64,000 nucleotides of DNA. Origin: Felis catus. Its lineage: Eukaryota. Where the stretch lies: the NCBI RefSeq assembly GCF_018350175.1, contig NC_058382.1, forward strand, positions 56,050,001-56,114,000. Reading direction: 5' to 3'. The notes under the pieces are model-generated. The model ran no database searches, was not told the origin of the DNA, and saw only the letters and a program-made list of their open reading frames with translations. The first letter of the stretch is position 1; the number at the start of each line of letters is the position of its first letter. A program made the position numbers and the translations under genes. Below are positions 12,181-24,270 of this stretch, one piece after another.

Positions 12181-12376
12181 ACGTGTGTGTCTGTGATACA
12201 CCTCTTAGAATCTGATCAAAACCATGGATCCGTTACCCAGAAAAATGTGCACGCATGCATGCACACCCTCATTTACACAAATTCAGTTTGTGTACAATTC
12301 TGGAAGTTTCAGCATACTCTAAGGAGCATTCATAAGGTCTCTCTAAATCCTTGACTCCAGGATTTATGATCCCCTG
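12121..12376. mobile_element. hAT-Charlie MITE containing a (GT)n microsatellite (12138-12178)
   Basis: tagaatctgatcaaaaccatggatcc...cccagaaaaatgtgcac...ccaggatttatgatcccctg; subfamily not assigned. Confidence 0.6.
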
Positions 12377-14929
12377 CTCCCTCTACTAGACTATAAGACC
12401 CATGAGACAAAAGCTGTGTCTTATATGCCACTGCACCGAGCACAAAGCACAAAGCCTGGAACCTCCACACAGATCTTCAGTCTAGGAGGGTCAAAGTGAA
12501 GTAGCTGCATGGCCCCATCCTCAGGACCCCTTGTCCATTTCTTGTATTCCTCCTGTCTTGTCACACTCCACAAAAGAAATGTATGCCTCTACTAGTCCAG
12601 TGACCATTAATTTTGAAATCATGGCCCAACGCCTGACTACACACAGGCTGTGTGACATCATTTCAAACTATAAAGTGCCAAGCGCTAATTGATTTGTAAG
12701 AAAGTCCACATGTAATGCATGGCACACTCCCAAGGGCTCCCAAGGGCTCCCAAGGGAGGGACAGCAGCGTTGGACTCATGTCAGGAAATCACTCTTGCTG
12801 GCCCTTGTGGGACAGGATGACATTCCGGCCAGGAAGCGGTCTTGACTTTGGATTTGAATCTGCCCCTGATGGAGTTATTCACAGATGGCTAAGTTAAATG
12901 CAGCCTTCATAGCACTAAGGCATTTTAGCAGCAGCTAAGCAAGTGGCCCATGAAATGGAGGCACCAGAAGCCTCTGGAAGTATCACCAATGCATCACCCG
13001 GTGAAGCCATTGTGTCTCTCCTTGGTAATGAGCATCTCCAAGGGCAGCGTGGGGGGATTTCCATCAACCTGTGAGAAGACAGGGTATGCAGGCAGTGTGG
13101 ATCACAAGAGGGAGTAAAAAACAGGCAATAAAAAGCAGAAAAATAAAATGAGGCCGGGATCCAAGAAGATAACCTTCTGTGGAAAAGAGAGGGGGAAAAA
13201 ATAGCTCCACCCCTCCTGTCCAAATGAAAAAGCATTTAATTGAATGTTCTTTATAGAGGTGAAGAAAAAATACCCTGTGGAGTTCCCAGTGTTTCATTAT
13301 CCAATTGAGTTGGGTACCTCAAGTTTCAAAGACCATTCTCCTGAATGATCATTCTTCTCTCTGTGTCAGTCTGCCCTGTGCTCGGTGAACCCCTACTGGG
13401 CCGCAGAATTTAAAAGTCAAAACCCTGAAGGTATCTTTATGCCCAATATAGTAACAGAGCAAACTCCGGTATCACTCATCTTATTCTCCTGGTCTGTTAT
13501 GCAGATTTCTGTGCTACTGAGGATGCCTGGAATCCCCAAACCCTTTCTTAATTCTGCGAAAGGCCTCAGAGGGAAAGAGATTAGCAGACTGAGAGAGGAG
13601 GCATCACAGAGCAGCCATGGAAGCAAAGGACGGGCCTCTCAGAGTGTTCCTCTTGAAGTTAGAAAAAATCAGGGATGGCCCGGGGCAGTGATGAGTGGCT
13701 TTAAGGAAGTTAAGTCTATCAGGAGACATCAGGCTTTCTCTGGGCTGAAACACCCCACATGGAGTTGCTCTAGGAGCTTCTTCAGTGAGGGCAGCCTTTC
13801 CTTGGAGGATCCTGGAAGGGAACTGGGAGATAGACTCTCCCAGCAAACTTAGTTTTGTGAAATAATCCTCTTTGTTATTCTTGAGAACATTGTAAATCAT
13901 TTGAATATGTAGGAAGTTTTTTTTTTTTTTTTTCTTTTCCTCCCTTGAGAGGGAAATCTGGGGGTTGGGTAGAGAATCATTTTAAATCTTTCCCTTGAAA
14001 GCTACTAGGGATGGCTGATAAACAACATAAAATAATTGTTTAAAAGTTTCACATCTGACCCACTTAGCACCTGTCACATTTTGTTAATTTAGAAAATATT
14101 TGATGACTCTGAATCTAATCCCATTTTCTCAAATAAAGGCTTAATTTCTCTTTGAAATGAATAGTTACATTGTCATACCTTAGCCAACACCCTATAAATA
14201 TAATACCCCTTCAGCCTTGATATTTCAAAAACTATAGTTTTCATTTCAAGCTGTTATAATATTTTATCTCTGATGTCGTAAAATAATGTAAACCAATTTT
14301 TCCTACTTCTGTTAGTTCGAGGTTGAGTCTTCTGCCAGAATCCCTCCCTCACAGAGCATGTAAACTCCCTCCAACCTCCTGCACTGGCGGACGAGCAATT
14401 TGTTTCCAAGATTCACTACTAAAAAAAATATGGTTGTGGGATCCTCTGGAGACACTGCTATGCTGATTCTTTCCAGTGCCCAGAGTCCTCTGCTCTGTTG
14501 GAAAGGTTCACAAACATTAGGCTCCACGGAGGTAACACCCTCCCTGGCCTTTCCTTTGCAGCCTCCTCCTGGTGTTGATTTGTGTGCTCCCTTCACCAAA
14601 AGCCACAACCACTTGGGTGGGGGAGTCCTTTTGTCCACAGTTAGCTAAGGCAAGTCTCTGCTTGGCAGTTTGAGCTTCTGATCCGAGAGCACCAACTCCT
14701 AGACTGTTGTCTTAGTGCTTTGAAAGCCAAGGGTCCGTGCCAAATTCAGCCTCTTTGGACATCCTGAGGTGGTCCACAGGAAGGCTGCCTTCTCTATCCT
14801 AGTAACCTTAACTAAGGGGACCGATGGTGGGGAGGGAGACTGAAAAGGCCAGGCCAGTGATTAGTTGGAATCAGCCTGGGTCTAGAGGGATCAGGAACCT
14901 CAAAGTGGCATCTCTACCTGATAATGACA

Positions 14930-15150
14930 ACCACGATTCTGAAGACTTATTACTATACACCAGCCACTTGCCCTGCATTACTTTGTGAAGTGCTTAAGCC
15001 CACCCCATGAGCCATGTGATGTCGTGTCCCCATTGTACAGTTGAGGAGCTGGAGGTTTAGGCAGACTGAACACCTCATCCAAGCTCATGCAGTAAGTACA
15101 GAGTGGAACCAGCAAGTTATCTGTAGACCTTTTACCCTTAACCATCACCC
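14930..15150 (-). mobile_element. MIR
   Basis: gtccccattgtacagttgaggagctggaggtttaggcagactgaacacctcatccaagctcatgcag. Confidence 0.65.
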
Positions 15151-17272
15151 TACTGACCCATTTCACACCAAGGTCCACCTCTGGGCTGCTAATTCAGATA
15201 CCTGCCAGGAGCAAAACAATAGCCGTGGCCATGAATCGGCTCCTTTTTGTCAGGTTCTGTCTTGGAGCCTGATGAGTTCCTTCGCCCCTTCTGGAAAAGC
15301 ATCCTAATTCCTATCTATCTCGCATAGTCTTTGGAGGCCTCCAAACAGATTGTGTCCCTATTCATTTAACACAATGAAAACAATTTGCCACCCTTTACTT
15401 ATTTATTTTTTCATGGAACAAATGTTTATTGTGTCTATAGTTTGTTTTGTTTGTTTGCTTTGTTTTCTTTGTTTTTAGAATGCTCCTGGGCCCTGGGATA
15501 CAGCTCAGTGAACAAAATGGACAAACCCATTGCACTCTTAGATCTTAAAGCCTCCTATTTGCTTCCTCTTTATCAGGTTCCTTACATATGTTGTCTGATT
15601 AAATCTCACAGCTTTTCTGAGAGGCATTTTACAAACTGGAATCATAAAATTTGGAAGGTGGAGTGGATGGCCCAAGGTAATACAGCAAATAAGTAGAACA
15701 AACAGGTGAATTCAATTCTCTGACTCTAGCTAGAAGCTGGGTTCTTTTTTGCCACTAGTCTCTGCTGCCCCCTGTGGATTCATAGAGGGAGCTCATGGGT
15801 AACGGGAGGTCCTGTCTTACCTAGAATCCTCCAATTCCTGCTCATCTTTTCATTTTAGAACCACTTGCAACACCTCCCCAGCACAATTCCCTAAATACCC
15901 TCCCCCTCCCCACTCATTCATGATTTTATTGAACAAGCAGGTACTGGGTCCCTGTTCTGGACCAGCCACGTCTTTAGGAGCTGTGACATCAACAGGGAAG
16001 AACAAACCTGGTCTCCACTCCTATGGAATTTACATATTCATGTTCTAAGGGTGCATTTTCCCTCCTTGATTCTTCTCAGGAATTCTCTTTTCAATTCCTA
16101 CTTTTGACTTGTTATTCCTGATATTTTGGTCTCCAGGCATTGAGTCCAGGGGTGATATTCGAAATACTTAACACCTGGTTCAATCAAAGGTCACCAACCT
16201 TAGTGGCAACTGAGAGTTCTTGGAGCTTATCTGCTGTGACAAGTATTAACCCTTTAGTTGCTGAGTTATAATAAGGTTCTGGGGGATCCCAGAGGAAGGC
16301 TGGGGCATTAGGGCTGGGGAACTCGGGTCTTGGAGTGGCAGCTTTTTACCTAGGGGCACAGACGTGTTCCAGCATTTCTACAGTGGCTGTACTTGTGTGT
16401 GCTAGCAAAATGTCAGCCCTGCTCACATCGCGCGTGACACTTTGCCCTTTCCAACTAGACTGGATGCTCACTGGGGGCAGGGATCCCATCAGCTCTTCCT
16501 TCCTCCACATAAGCCTGGCATGGCACACATTTGGTCTGACTCATCCATGACTATATCCTTGGTGTAAGTTAATCCTCAAAGCTGAGCAGTCCAGGTGAGA
16601 CAAAGTTCTAGTTTTTATCCTGCAATATCTCTTAATAGTTTTTACTATAAATTTCACTTTCACCATTGGAAGGAATGGTGACTTTTTTGTTGCTGTTAAG
16701 TTAAGGTCTGTCATATTCCGTGTGTGTCCAGCGTTTGATAGAACCTGGGCTTTTGGAGCTTTATGTGGTCTACAACTCAACTGTGTTCATTTGAACCACA
16801 CAAGAGTAGTTCAAGAATAAGTTTAGAGCAAGGGCAGCAGAAAGAGCATTACCACTGCGTTCTGTCAGCCCAGAGCCGTGGGCCACCTGGAGCAAATAGG
16901 TGACACTCCCGCTGCCTCCTGCCCCCTACCCCTTTCAAAAGTGTGCGTTACAGATTCATAACTGCACTCCTCAAGATCTCACAAAACTTCTCATCTTATC
17001 ACTTCATGCAGCTACTATCAATGGATCTGAATTAGTTCAAGAAATTAAACCTATTTCCGTCCCATATCCAGGCTGCTCTCGAACTAGGAAAAAAAAATAT
17101 TTCATTTCACCCACCCAAAGAGATACTGATAATTATTTACCTGTTTAGGAAAAAGAAAACATTATTTAGATTCAGGTTTGTATACTAATTGAACTTAGTG
17201 CTCAAGATGTGATCTGTCATTTGAGTGAGAATCCAGTAACGAATGGTAAGATTTACAAGGGCTTCTTTAGGG

Positions 17273-17273
<1 letters not shown>

Positions 17274-17313
<40 letters not shown>
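17274..17313 (+). repeat. (GT)n microsatellite
   Basis: Perfect GT run. Confidence 0.98.
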
Positions 17314-17315
<2 letters not shown>

Positions 17316-17532
17316 GGTGCATGCATGTGTGTTCTAGATTTCTTTAGAGTTGATAAGATTTCTGTAGATCTGATGCCTAGAAAACCAGAAAGAAACTGTG
17401 GTCTTCTCAGAAGACTTTGCCGTACGTCTTTATCGCTGCTTTGCGCTTGCTTTATCAGGAGCAAAGCCCATGTTCACACAGTGGTCATTTCTGTCACCCC
17501 ATAGGTTCAGATTTAAGATATACTTGAGGCTT

Positions 17533-17742
17533 GGGGCGCCTGGGTGGCTCAGTTGGTTGAGTGTCCAACTTCGGCTCAGGTCATGAACTCGCAGTTCATG
17601 GGTTTAAGCCCCGTGTCGGGCTCTGTACTGACACCTCATAGCCTGGATCCTGCTTTGGATTCTGTGTCTCCCTCTCTCTCTGCCCCTCTCCTGCTCATGC
17701 TCTGTCTCTCTGCGTCTCAAAAATAAATGTAAACATTAAAAA
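17533..17742 (+). mobile_element. CanSINE (feline type), full length
   Basis: ggggcgcctgggtggctcagttggttgag head, CT tract and aataaa tail; TSD aagatatacttgaggctt / aagatctatttgaggctt. Confidence 0.97.
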
Positions 17743-18507
17743 AAGATCTATTTGAGGCTTTGCAAAATAATCAGGCACTTTCTCCCCCAGGTAGCTCTGA
17801 GTTGAGGAAACTTTGATGACTTTAGTAGCAATGTCAAATGCAGTCTCAGTGTCTTCCACTGGAACCATGAAAGAAAAGAGGCTGGCTTATTGGCTATCCA
17901 TGGGGTGCCAGGTTACTCTTGTAACAGCACTTCATTGAATGTTGAATGATAAACCTGTGGAGTGGATATTATGATCCCCATTTTAGAAATCTGGAAAACA
18001 AGAGCATCAAAGTGATTAAGCACTTGGGTAGGAGTTTCACCACCAGAAAGCTAATATTAGAACTCAGGTCTGTCTGATTTCAAAGCTCCTTCCACACTAT
18101 CTAAAATATTCATGCACCAGATGAAAGCTTTTCTTATTTTCCCCTGGATTTTTTCTCAGATTTGTAGCTCTGCCTTCAATACAGGGTTTCTTGAAATGTG
18201 ATGATATGATTATACTTCTCGTTTTTACTCCCCAACCATCATTTCAAAGGGAATTGACGTGAGGCTGAAGGGATAATGGTGGGGTGAGCCATAAATTCAG
18301 GTCAACCTTTCTAATGTGGGCAGGGCAATGTCTGAATTACCCAGCCCTGTTTTTAGGAGTTGCTTCCCCACTCCAGGACAGTGTTAATAGGCATAAATGT
18401 CCCCGGGGGCCCAGTAGTTACTGTAAATAAATGCCACAAACTGGTCTTTGGGGAGAGGTTAGTGGTGGGCTTGGGGGCCTAGGCTGCACTAGAAAACACA
18501 TAAGCTA

Positions 18508-18727
18508 GGGGCACTGGGATGGCTCAGTTGGTTAATGTCTGACTCTTGATTTTGGCTTAGGTCATGATCTCAGGGTTCATGGGATCAAAAGCCCCGCATA
18601 GGGCTCCACACTCACAGTATGAAGCCTGCTTGGGATCCTCTTACTACCTCTCTCTCTCTGCCTCTCTGCTGCTCCCATTCTTGCATTCTCTCTCCCCCTC
18701 TCTCAAAATAAATTAACATTAAAAAAA
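18508..18727 (+). mobile_element. CanSINE (more diverged copy)
   Basis: ggggcactgggatggctcagttggttaa head; degenerate TSD agaaaacacataagctag / agaatacacgtactag. Confidence 0.93.
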
Positions 18728-19429
18728 GAATACACGTACTAGAATGGGGGTCTTTATTCCACTGGGATGATTGCTAGGTCCCAGCAGGGAGACCACAGTC
18801 AGCTCCAACTGGCTCTTTGAAAGGTACTTAATGGAGGGGCTGTTTCATAAGGTGCAAGCAGAGAAATGCATCCTCCAAAGTCACAGTCCTTCTCTATTCA
18901 GTTCACTGCTGGTGTCCCCATTTGAGATCTGGGGTAACAGTAGAAGGTGCAGCCTGGGGAAATGAGAAGAAGTTCTCAGATGGGCCAGGTCTAAGAGCTG
19001 CATTTATAGCAACTTACACATTGCTCAGTATTTAAAGATGTGGCCGTGTTTGGTTTTCTTTTCATTTTACCTGTGGTTTACTGGTGGAGGAGAAAAGTTG
19101 GCCATGAGGCAAGGAACCAGGCTGACTGGACCTGCCTTCTTCTTGATGTTTGGTTATCAGAGTTCATGGTGGATAGCTTTCAATCTCTTGTTTGTAAAGG
19201 TAATGAAAACACATGAACAAGGTCACTGGTTGACAGAGTGCCTAAAACAGCTCTATTTACTCTGGTCACTTATCAAGACCAGTCTTTCCCTTCTGTGTGT
19301 CTAAATACTTGAGAGCATCAAGTATAGTTTCCAACAGAGACATGCTCAGGAAATTTCATTTTCCCCTCCTCATTTATCCTTTTCTCTCTCTTTCTCTTTC
19401 TCTTCTTTTCATTATTACAGGTAGCAGGA

Positions 19430-19680
19430 GTGTATAGCTAACACTTACTGAGTATTTCCCTCATGCCAGGAATTGTGCTAAGTGCTTAAATGGATCATCC
19501 TGTTTACAGCAACAATGACCCTAGGATGTGGGAAGAGTTTGGATTCTCATTTTGGAGATGAAGAAACTGAGGCTCAGAGAGGTGGAGTGATTTGCTCAAG
19601 GAAGCTGAGTTGTTAAGAACTTGGCAGAGGTGGGGTTCCAAACCAGGCAATCTGCCACCAGGGTCCTCACTTAACCACTA
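19430..19680 (-). mobile_element. MIR, near full length
   Basis: ctcattttggagatgaagaaactgaggctcagagaggtggagtgatttgctcaagg is the MIR core. Confidence 0.85.
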
Positions 19681-21645
19681 AATTTCACACTTCTTATGAC
19701 TGCCAAACCCAGCACATGTACTCAGAGAACAATAGAGAAGTTGGAGGTGAAAGGCACATCAATGGTTTCTCCCCTGATCCTACCCCCTTTCAGCATCTTA
19801 AAAAGCACTGGGTGAATAAAGCTAGACAGTGATCAAAGAAAAGTCTGATACATGTTCTTTTTTGTTGTATGATTCAGTTGCTTACACATAATTCATTTGT
19901 AAATTGATACTAATGAAAGTTGGTCTTGAAATATTGTATACAACCCAAATCAGGAGTTGGCACCAAATCCCCACTTGGCCCGCAAATTATTTACTCTTGC
20001 CAAATTAGAGTCTAGAGTAATTTACCATAAGATGGGTTTTTAACCCTAATATGGAGACATATCAACAGTTTGCTATGAAAGCTCATTAGCTTCTAGAAGC
20101 AACTCTTGTTAAGGGAATGCTATCAGGGCAACCATATCACTTTAGTCTTTTCCTGAATGTTATTAATTCTACCTTGTATTACAGGGAAAATAAATGGAAA
20201 ACTCTCATTCAGTATTAATTCACTTGGGCCCATTTATTTCCACCAGTAATCTCTCTTTTTGTTCCAACAGTAGCTTCTCAGGGAAAGTTGGTTCAGTTCA
20301 TTTTCCCATGTTCAGGCTCAGTGTAGGATTTTATGTTTCCATAATTAACAGGGACACTTTTCAAATAGAAAAATATTATTTTTGTGCTTTTTCAAAAAAA
20401 AAAACACAGTGGCTACTGAATATGATTTTCCAAATGGAGTGTAAATTTTTCATTTCAACATACATCTCTATCTCCTGATGTTATGGATTTGGGCTTTAGG
20501 GCAGCCTACTACCAGGCTTCTCGCTGTCAGAATTGGCCAATTTATTGGCTCCTAAATAGGAACAGTGAAACTGCTGCATTAGCATGATATGCTGTTGCAA
20601 GCAAAGAGCATCTGGTTTCTAAGCAGATGCTTACCAAATACCTGCTTACTGGACACAAGTTGCCCTTTGTTTTACTGGATTTGGTTGGTGCCATTGTGAT
20701 TAAAAGATGGGCTGGCTCTTTGCCCATTAACTCTTGCATATTGTTCTATCTTGTCAATAGCATAAAGATTGTCTAGATCTTGTTTTTTATTTATTTCTTT
20801 ATTTGGGGTTAATCAAGTTTGAGATTATGCCAAAAGTTCTTCACTCTTGAATGATGAAGTTAGGTCTTAACAGTGGGCCCGGTCTCCCTTTACGATTCTC
20901 TTATATCAAGATGTAAATGGAAATCTGTGATGCTCTTATATCAAGATGGAAATCAATGGATTTCCAAGCCAAATTGAGAAAAAATGGTGGCTGTTCACTT
21001 CCAAAAGTTTTTCCCTCCAGTGAAGAGATCCCCAAGTGATCAAAGGTCTGGACTTGAGATCCTCAGAACAGACAGAACTGGATGGACTTTAGCAGGCCCA
21101 TCAACCTTCCGGCGTATGTAAAATGCTGTGGGTGTGGACATGTTTCACAAAATGCCATCACATTAGCCAGAGGGTTCCTGAGAACCACTGACCTTACTTA
21201 ATTCTTCTAAATAACGGGGTCTGGCCAATGATACATGATTTGGGGGCATATTGACAATATATTTGCTCACTGCCTGTCCTTGGTCACACCATTAAACTAC
21301 TGCATGCTTCATTATAGAAAAGGAAAATAATGGGATTTACCTAAAGCCCAAGGGAATACTGATCCTGTGCTAATTAAAGTTTGTTCTGGGATTTTAGAGT
21401 CTTGGATGAGAAAGAGTCATGTTGAGTTTGGTTATTTTATTCATTTGCAGTCAGTATTCAATTATTTAAATTGAGTGTGTGAATTTTCAAATGTCTTATT
21501 ATCTTTCTCCATCTTTTGACTCCATTGAGTACATTTTGTACCACTAAAAAAAGGGGAAAATGGAATAGGAGGTCTTGAAACTCAAAAGCAACCTAAAGCT
21601 ACATATTTCTGACCCTTACTGAACAAAGATTAAGATCAGTGTTTA

Positions 21646-21860
21646 GGGGTACTGGGTGGCTTAGTTGGTTGAGCATCTGGCTTCAGCTCAGGTCATGATC
21701 TCACGGTTCATGAGTTTGAGCCCCACATCTGGCTCTGTGCTGCTAGCTTGGAGCCTGGAACCTGCTTCAGATTCTGTGTCTCCCTCTTTCTTTCTGCCCC
21801 TCCCACACTCATGCTCTGTCTGTCTCTCTCAAAAATAAACAAACATTAAACATTTTTTTA
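21646..21860 (+). mobile_element. CanSINE (feline type)
   Basis: Full length; TSD aagatcagtgttta / aaaatcagtgttta. Confidence 0.96.
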
Positions 21861-21978
21861 AAAATCAGTGTTTAAAATTTTTACATTTGATCTCTCAGGA
21901 GTTCTTGATGCTTAGAAAATATGGTATGTTGGGCCCTTTTGTAAGAAACAGCAGATGTCCAATCATGCTTGGCTTCTT

Positions 21979-22198
21979 TAAAAAAATTTTTTTTAACATT
22001 TATTCATTTTTTGAGAGACAGAGAGAGAGTGCACAAGCAGGGGAGGGGTAGAGAGAGGGGGAGACACAGAATCCAAAGCAGGCTCCAGGCTCCAAGCTGT
22101 CAGCACAGAGCCCGATGCAGGGCTTGAACTCATGAAACTCGAGATCATGACCTGAGCCGAAGTCGGACACTTAACCGACTGAGCCACCCAGGTGCCCC
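21979..22198 (-). mobile_element. CanSINE (feline type)
   Basis: Full length; perfect 18-bp TSD aatcatgcttggcttctt (21961-21978 and 22199-22216). Confidence 0.97.
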
Positions 22199-22928
22199 AA
22201 TCATGCTTGGCTTCTTAAGATCAGACTCACCCTCACCCTACAGAGAACGTAAAAGATGGTCACCATCTCTCAAGAGTTATACACAAGTTTATTTCTGAAT
22301 CTTTACATACTTCTAGCCTATGTTCAATGAACCTGACTGCTGAATTCACGAATGATTGTCCCTTTTGTGAGTCCATCTAACCTCCTGACTTGATGATCCT
22401 CAAGAGAACTCTAGCTCCTCTAGATTCTGATGCTTTGAAGAAAAACTTCTACTCTATCTCCAGGACCTTATGATTGGGGCAATCACTCAGGAACCTCTTT
22501 GTCCCTCGAATTCCTATCAAGCCAGCAGCTATCAAAGTCAGCCCTTGGTTAGGATGTGAAGTCATGTGGGGCAGCTAGGGTTGAGAATAGCAAGGGTAAT
22601 ACCATTGACTTTTGAGTCAACAAATACTTGACTATTGAGTCAGAGGTGTTCACACAAGGCAAGAAGAGGAGCCACCATGATGTTCTGGAATCAGTAATCG
22701 AGGAAAGCACAGAGGTTAACTGGAAGAAATTGGATAGGAACTTGGAAATGCTGGTTCAGTTTCTTCATCTATCCTATACACAGCATATAAAATGATTTCA
22801 GGTAATTTTATGATTATTACCCAGAACTTTTAATAGTGCTTGAACCTTTGACTTGATAGAAGTGTAGATTGGGGCAAGGGAGAGGATGGCTTTAAAAGTC
22901 TACTGTCTACATTTGTGCCAACCCTCAG

Positions 22929-23332
22929 TGTCTTCAGTTCTGTCTTCCAAAGCAGACCACAGCAGAAGGATTCAGTGTAAATCATTTATTTGTGAAGTGA
23001 CAGGCAACTCCAGTAAGAGAGTAGGGAGTGATAGAGGGAATACACAGAAGGCAGTAAGTTGTATGTGGGTGGATGTGTTATCATCATGGGTGACCTCTGG
23101 GGTTCTGTTTGAGACATGTCAGAACTGTGCCACCCACACAGGAAGGAAGCTGGGGAGTCTGTCTACCAACTCTCATTGTTTAAGGGCTCGTCCCAGGGGC
23201 ATTACGTCCCGGTGCTTCCAACCCACCAAGGGAACAGGTCAAGCATGGTCAGTGACCACAGGAAGAAGATGTAGATGGGAGAACAGTGAACACCAAGGGA
23301 ATATAGATGGAGTGGTAACAGTATCTTCTACA
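22929..23332 (-). mobile_element. ERVL solo LTR (LTR16/LTR33-like)
   Basis: tgtcttcagttctgtcttccaaagcagacc...ggattcagtgtaaatcatttatttg...ggaagctggggagtctgtctaccaactc...ctaca; TG...CA termini; similar to 63202-63720. Confidence 0.65.
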
Positions 23333-23724
23333 CCCAACACTGCCGATAACTCAGAGTTGACCCTGATGAAGGTAGTGGACTCTGCAGCTTTTCAGGTTGC
23401 TCCTTCCTGTACCTGGTGGCAGAGGCAAAACTGGGGGAAGGTATCGATCATAAAATTTTCCAAGAAAGGGGACACAGGGGTCTGTCGAGAGATTCAGTGG
23501 ACCTTTTTCTCTTCTGATTCCGTATCAGGGAGCATTAGCTCCTTAAAGCATAGCAAAAGAATGGAAACACCCATGCATAATGACAGCCTGTCCACAGGGC
23601 AGGTGTGCTCACATTCTAGGTTTTTTGCTGTGTGGCTTCATCTCCATTCCCATTCTCTCTCTCTGTGTCTGTAACTTTCTTATCCCTGTCACATGCCCTG
23701 TAAATGTATGTCTGCATATGTGTA

Positions 23725-24270
23725 CACACACACACAATGGAGCATTACTCAGCTATAAAAAAATGAAATCCTTTCATTGTGACAATATCGGTGATCCTGG
23801 AAGACATTATGCTAAGTGAAATTGGCCAGAGACAGAAATAAAAATATGGCATGATTCTACTTGTATGTGGAATCTAAAAAAAAAAAAAAAAAAAAAAAAA
23901 AGAAAATCATAGAAACAGACTAGAAGGGGGTGGTGGAGGTGGGGGAAATGGGGAGATGTTGATCAAAGAGTACAAACTGTTCTAAGATGAGTAAGTTCTG
24001 GGGATGTATTGTAGGATGTGTGTAGTTAACAATACCGTATTGTACGCTTGAAGGTGGCTAAGAGAATGGATCGCAAGTGTTTTCACCACACATTTAAAAA
24101 AAAAAGTGACTTTTTTTGATGGATCTGTTAACTCAATTTTGGTAATCATTTCACATGTATACGTATATTAAATCATCATATTGACATATCGTAACCATCA
24201 TATCACATTCTAAATATATACAATTTTTAATTTACCAGTTATACCTCAATAAACCTGGAGGGAAAAAAAA
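23725..24270 (+). mobile_element. L1 3' end (L1MA8/9-like), 5'-truncated
   Basis: caatggagcattactcagctataaaaaaatgaaatcc...cattatgctaagtgaaat...gagtaagttctggggatg...ttatacctcaataaacctggagggaaaaaaaa. Confidence 0.9.

Noticed and set aside
15763..15779. CTCF-like motif (minus strand tccacagggggcag)
   Set aside because: Mismatches in the 5' part of the core; too weak to call without ChIP data.
17533..17620. tRNA-like A/B-box sequences in SINE heads as tRNA genes
   Set aside because: They continue into SINE body, CT tract, poly-A and TSDs, so they are retroposons, not tRNAs.
22886..23674. Longest ORF (262 aa)
   Set aside because: More than half overlaps an ancient ERVL-type LTR; no recognisable domain or splice context, so most likely a chance open frame.
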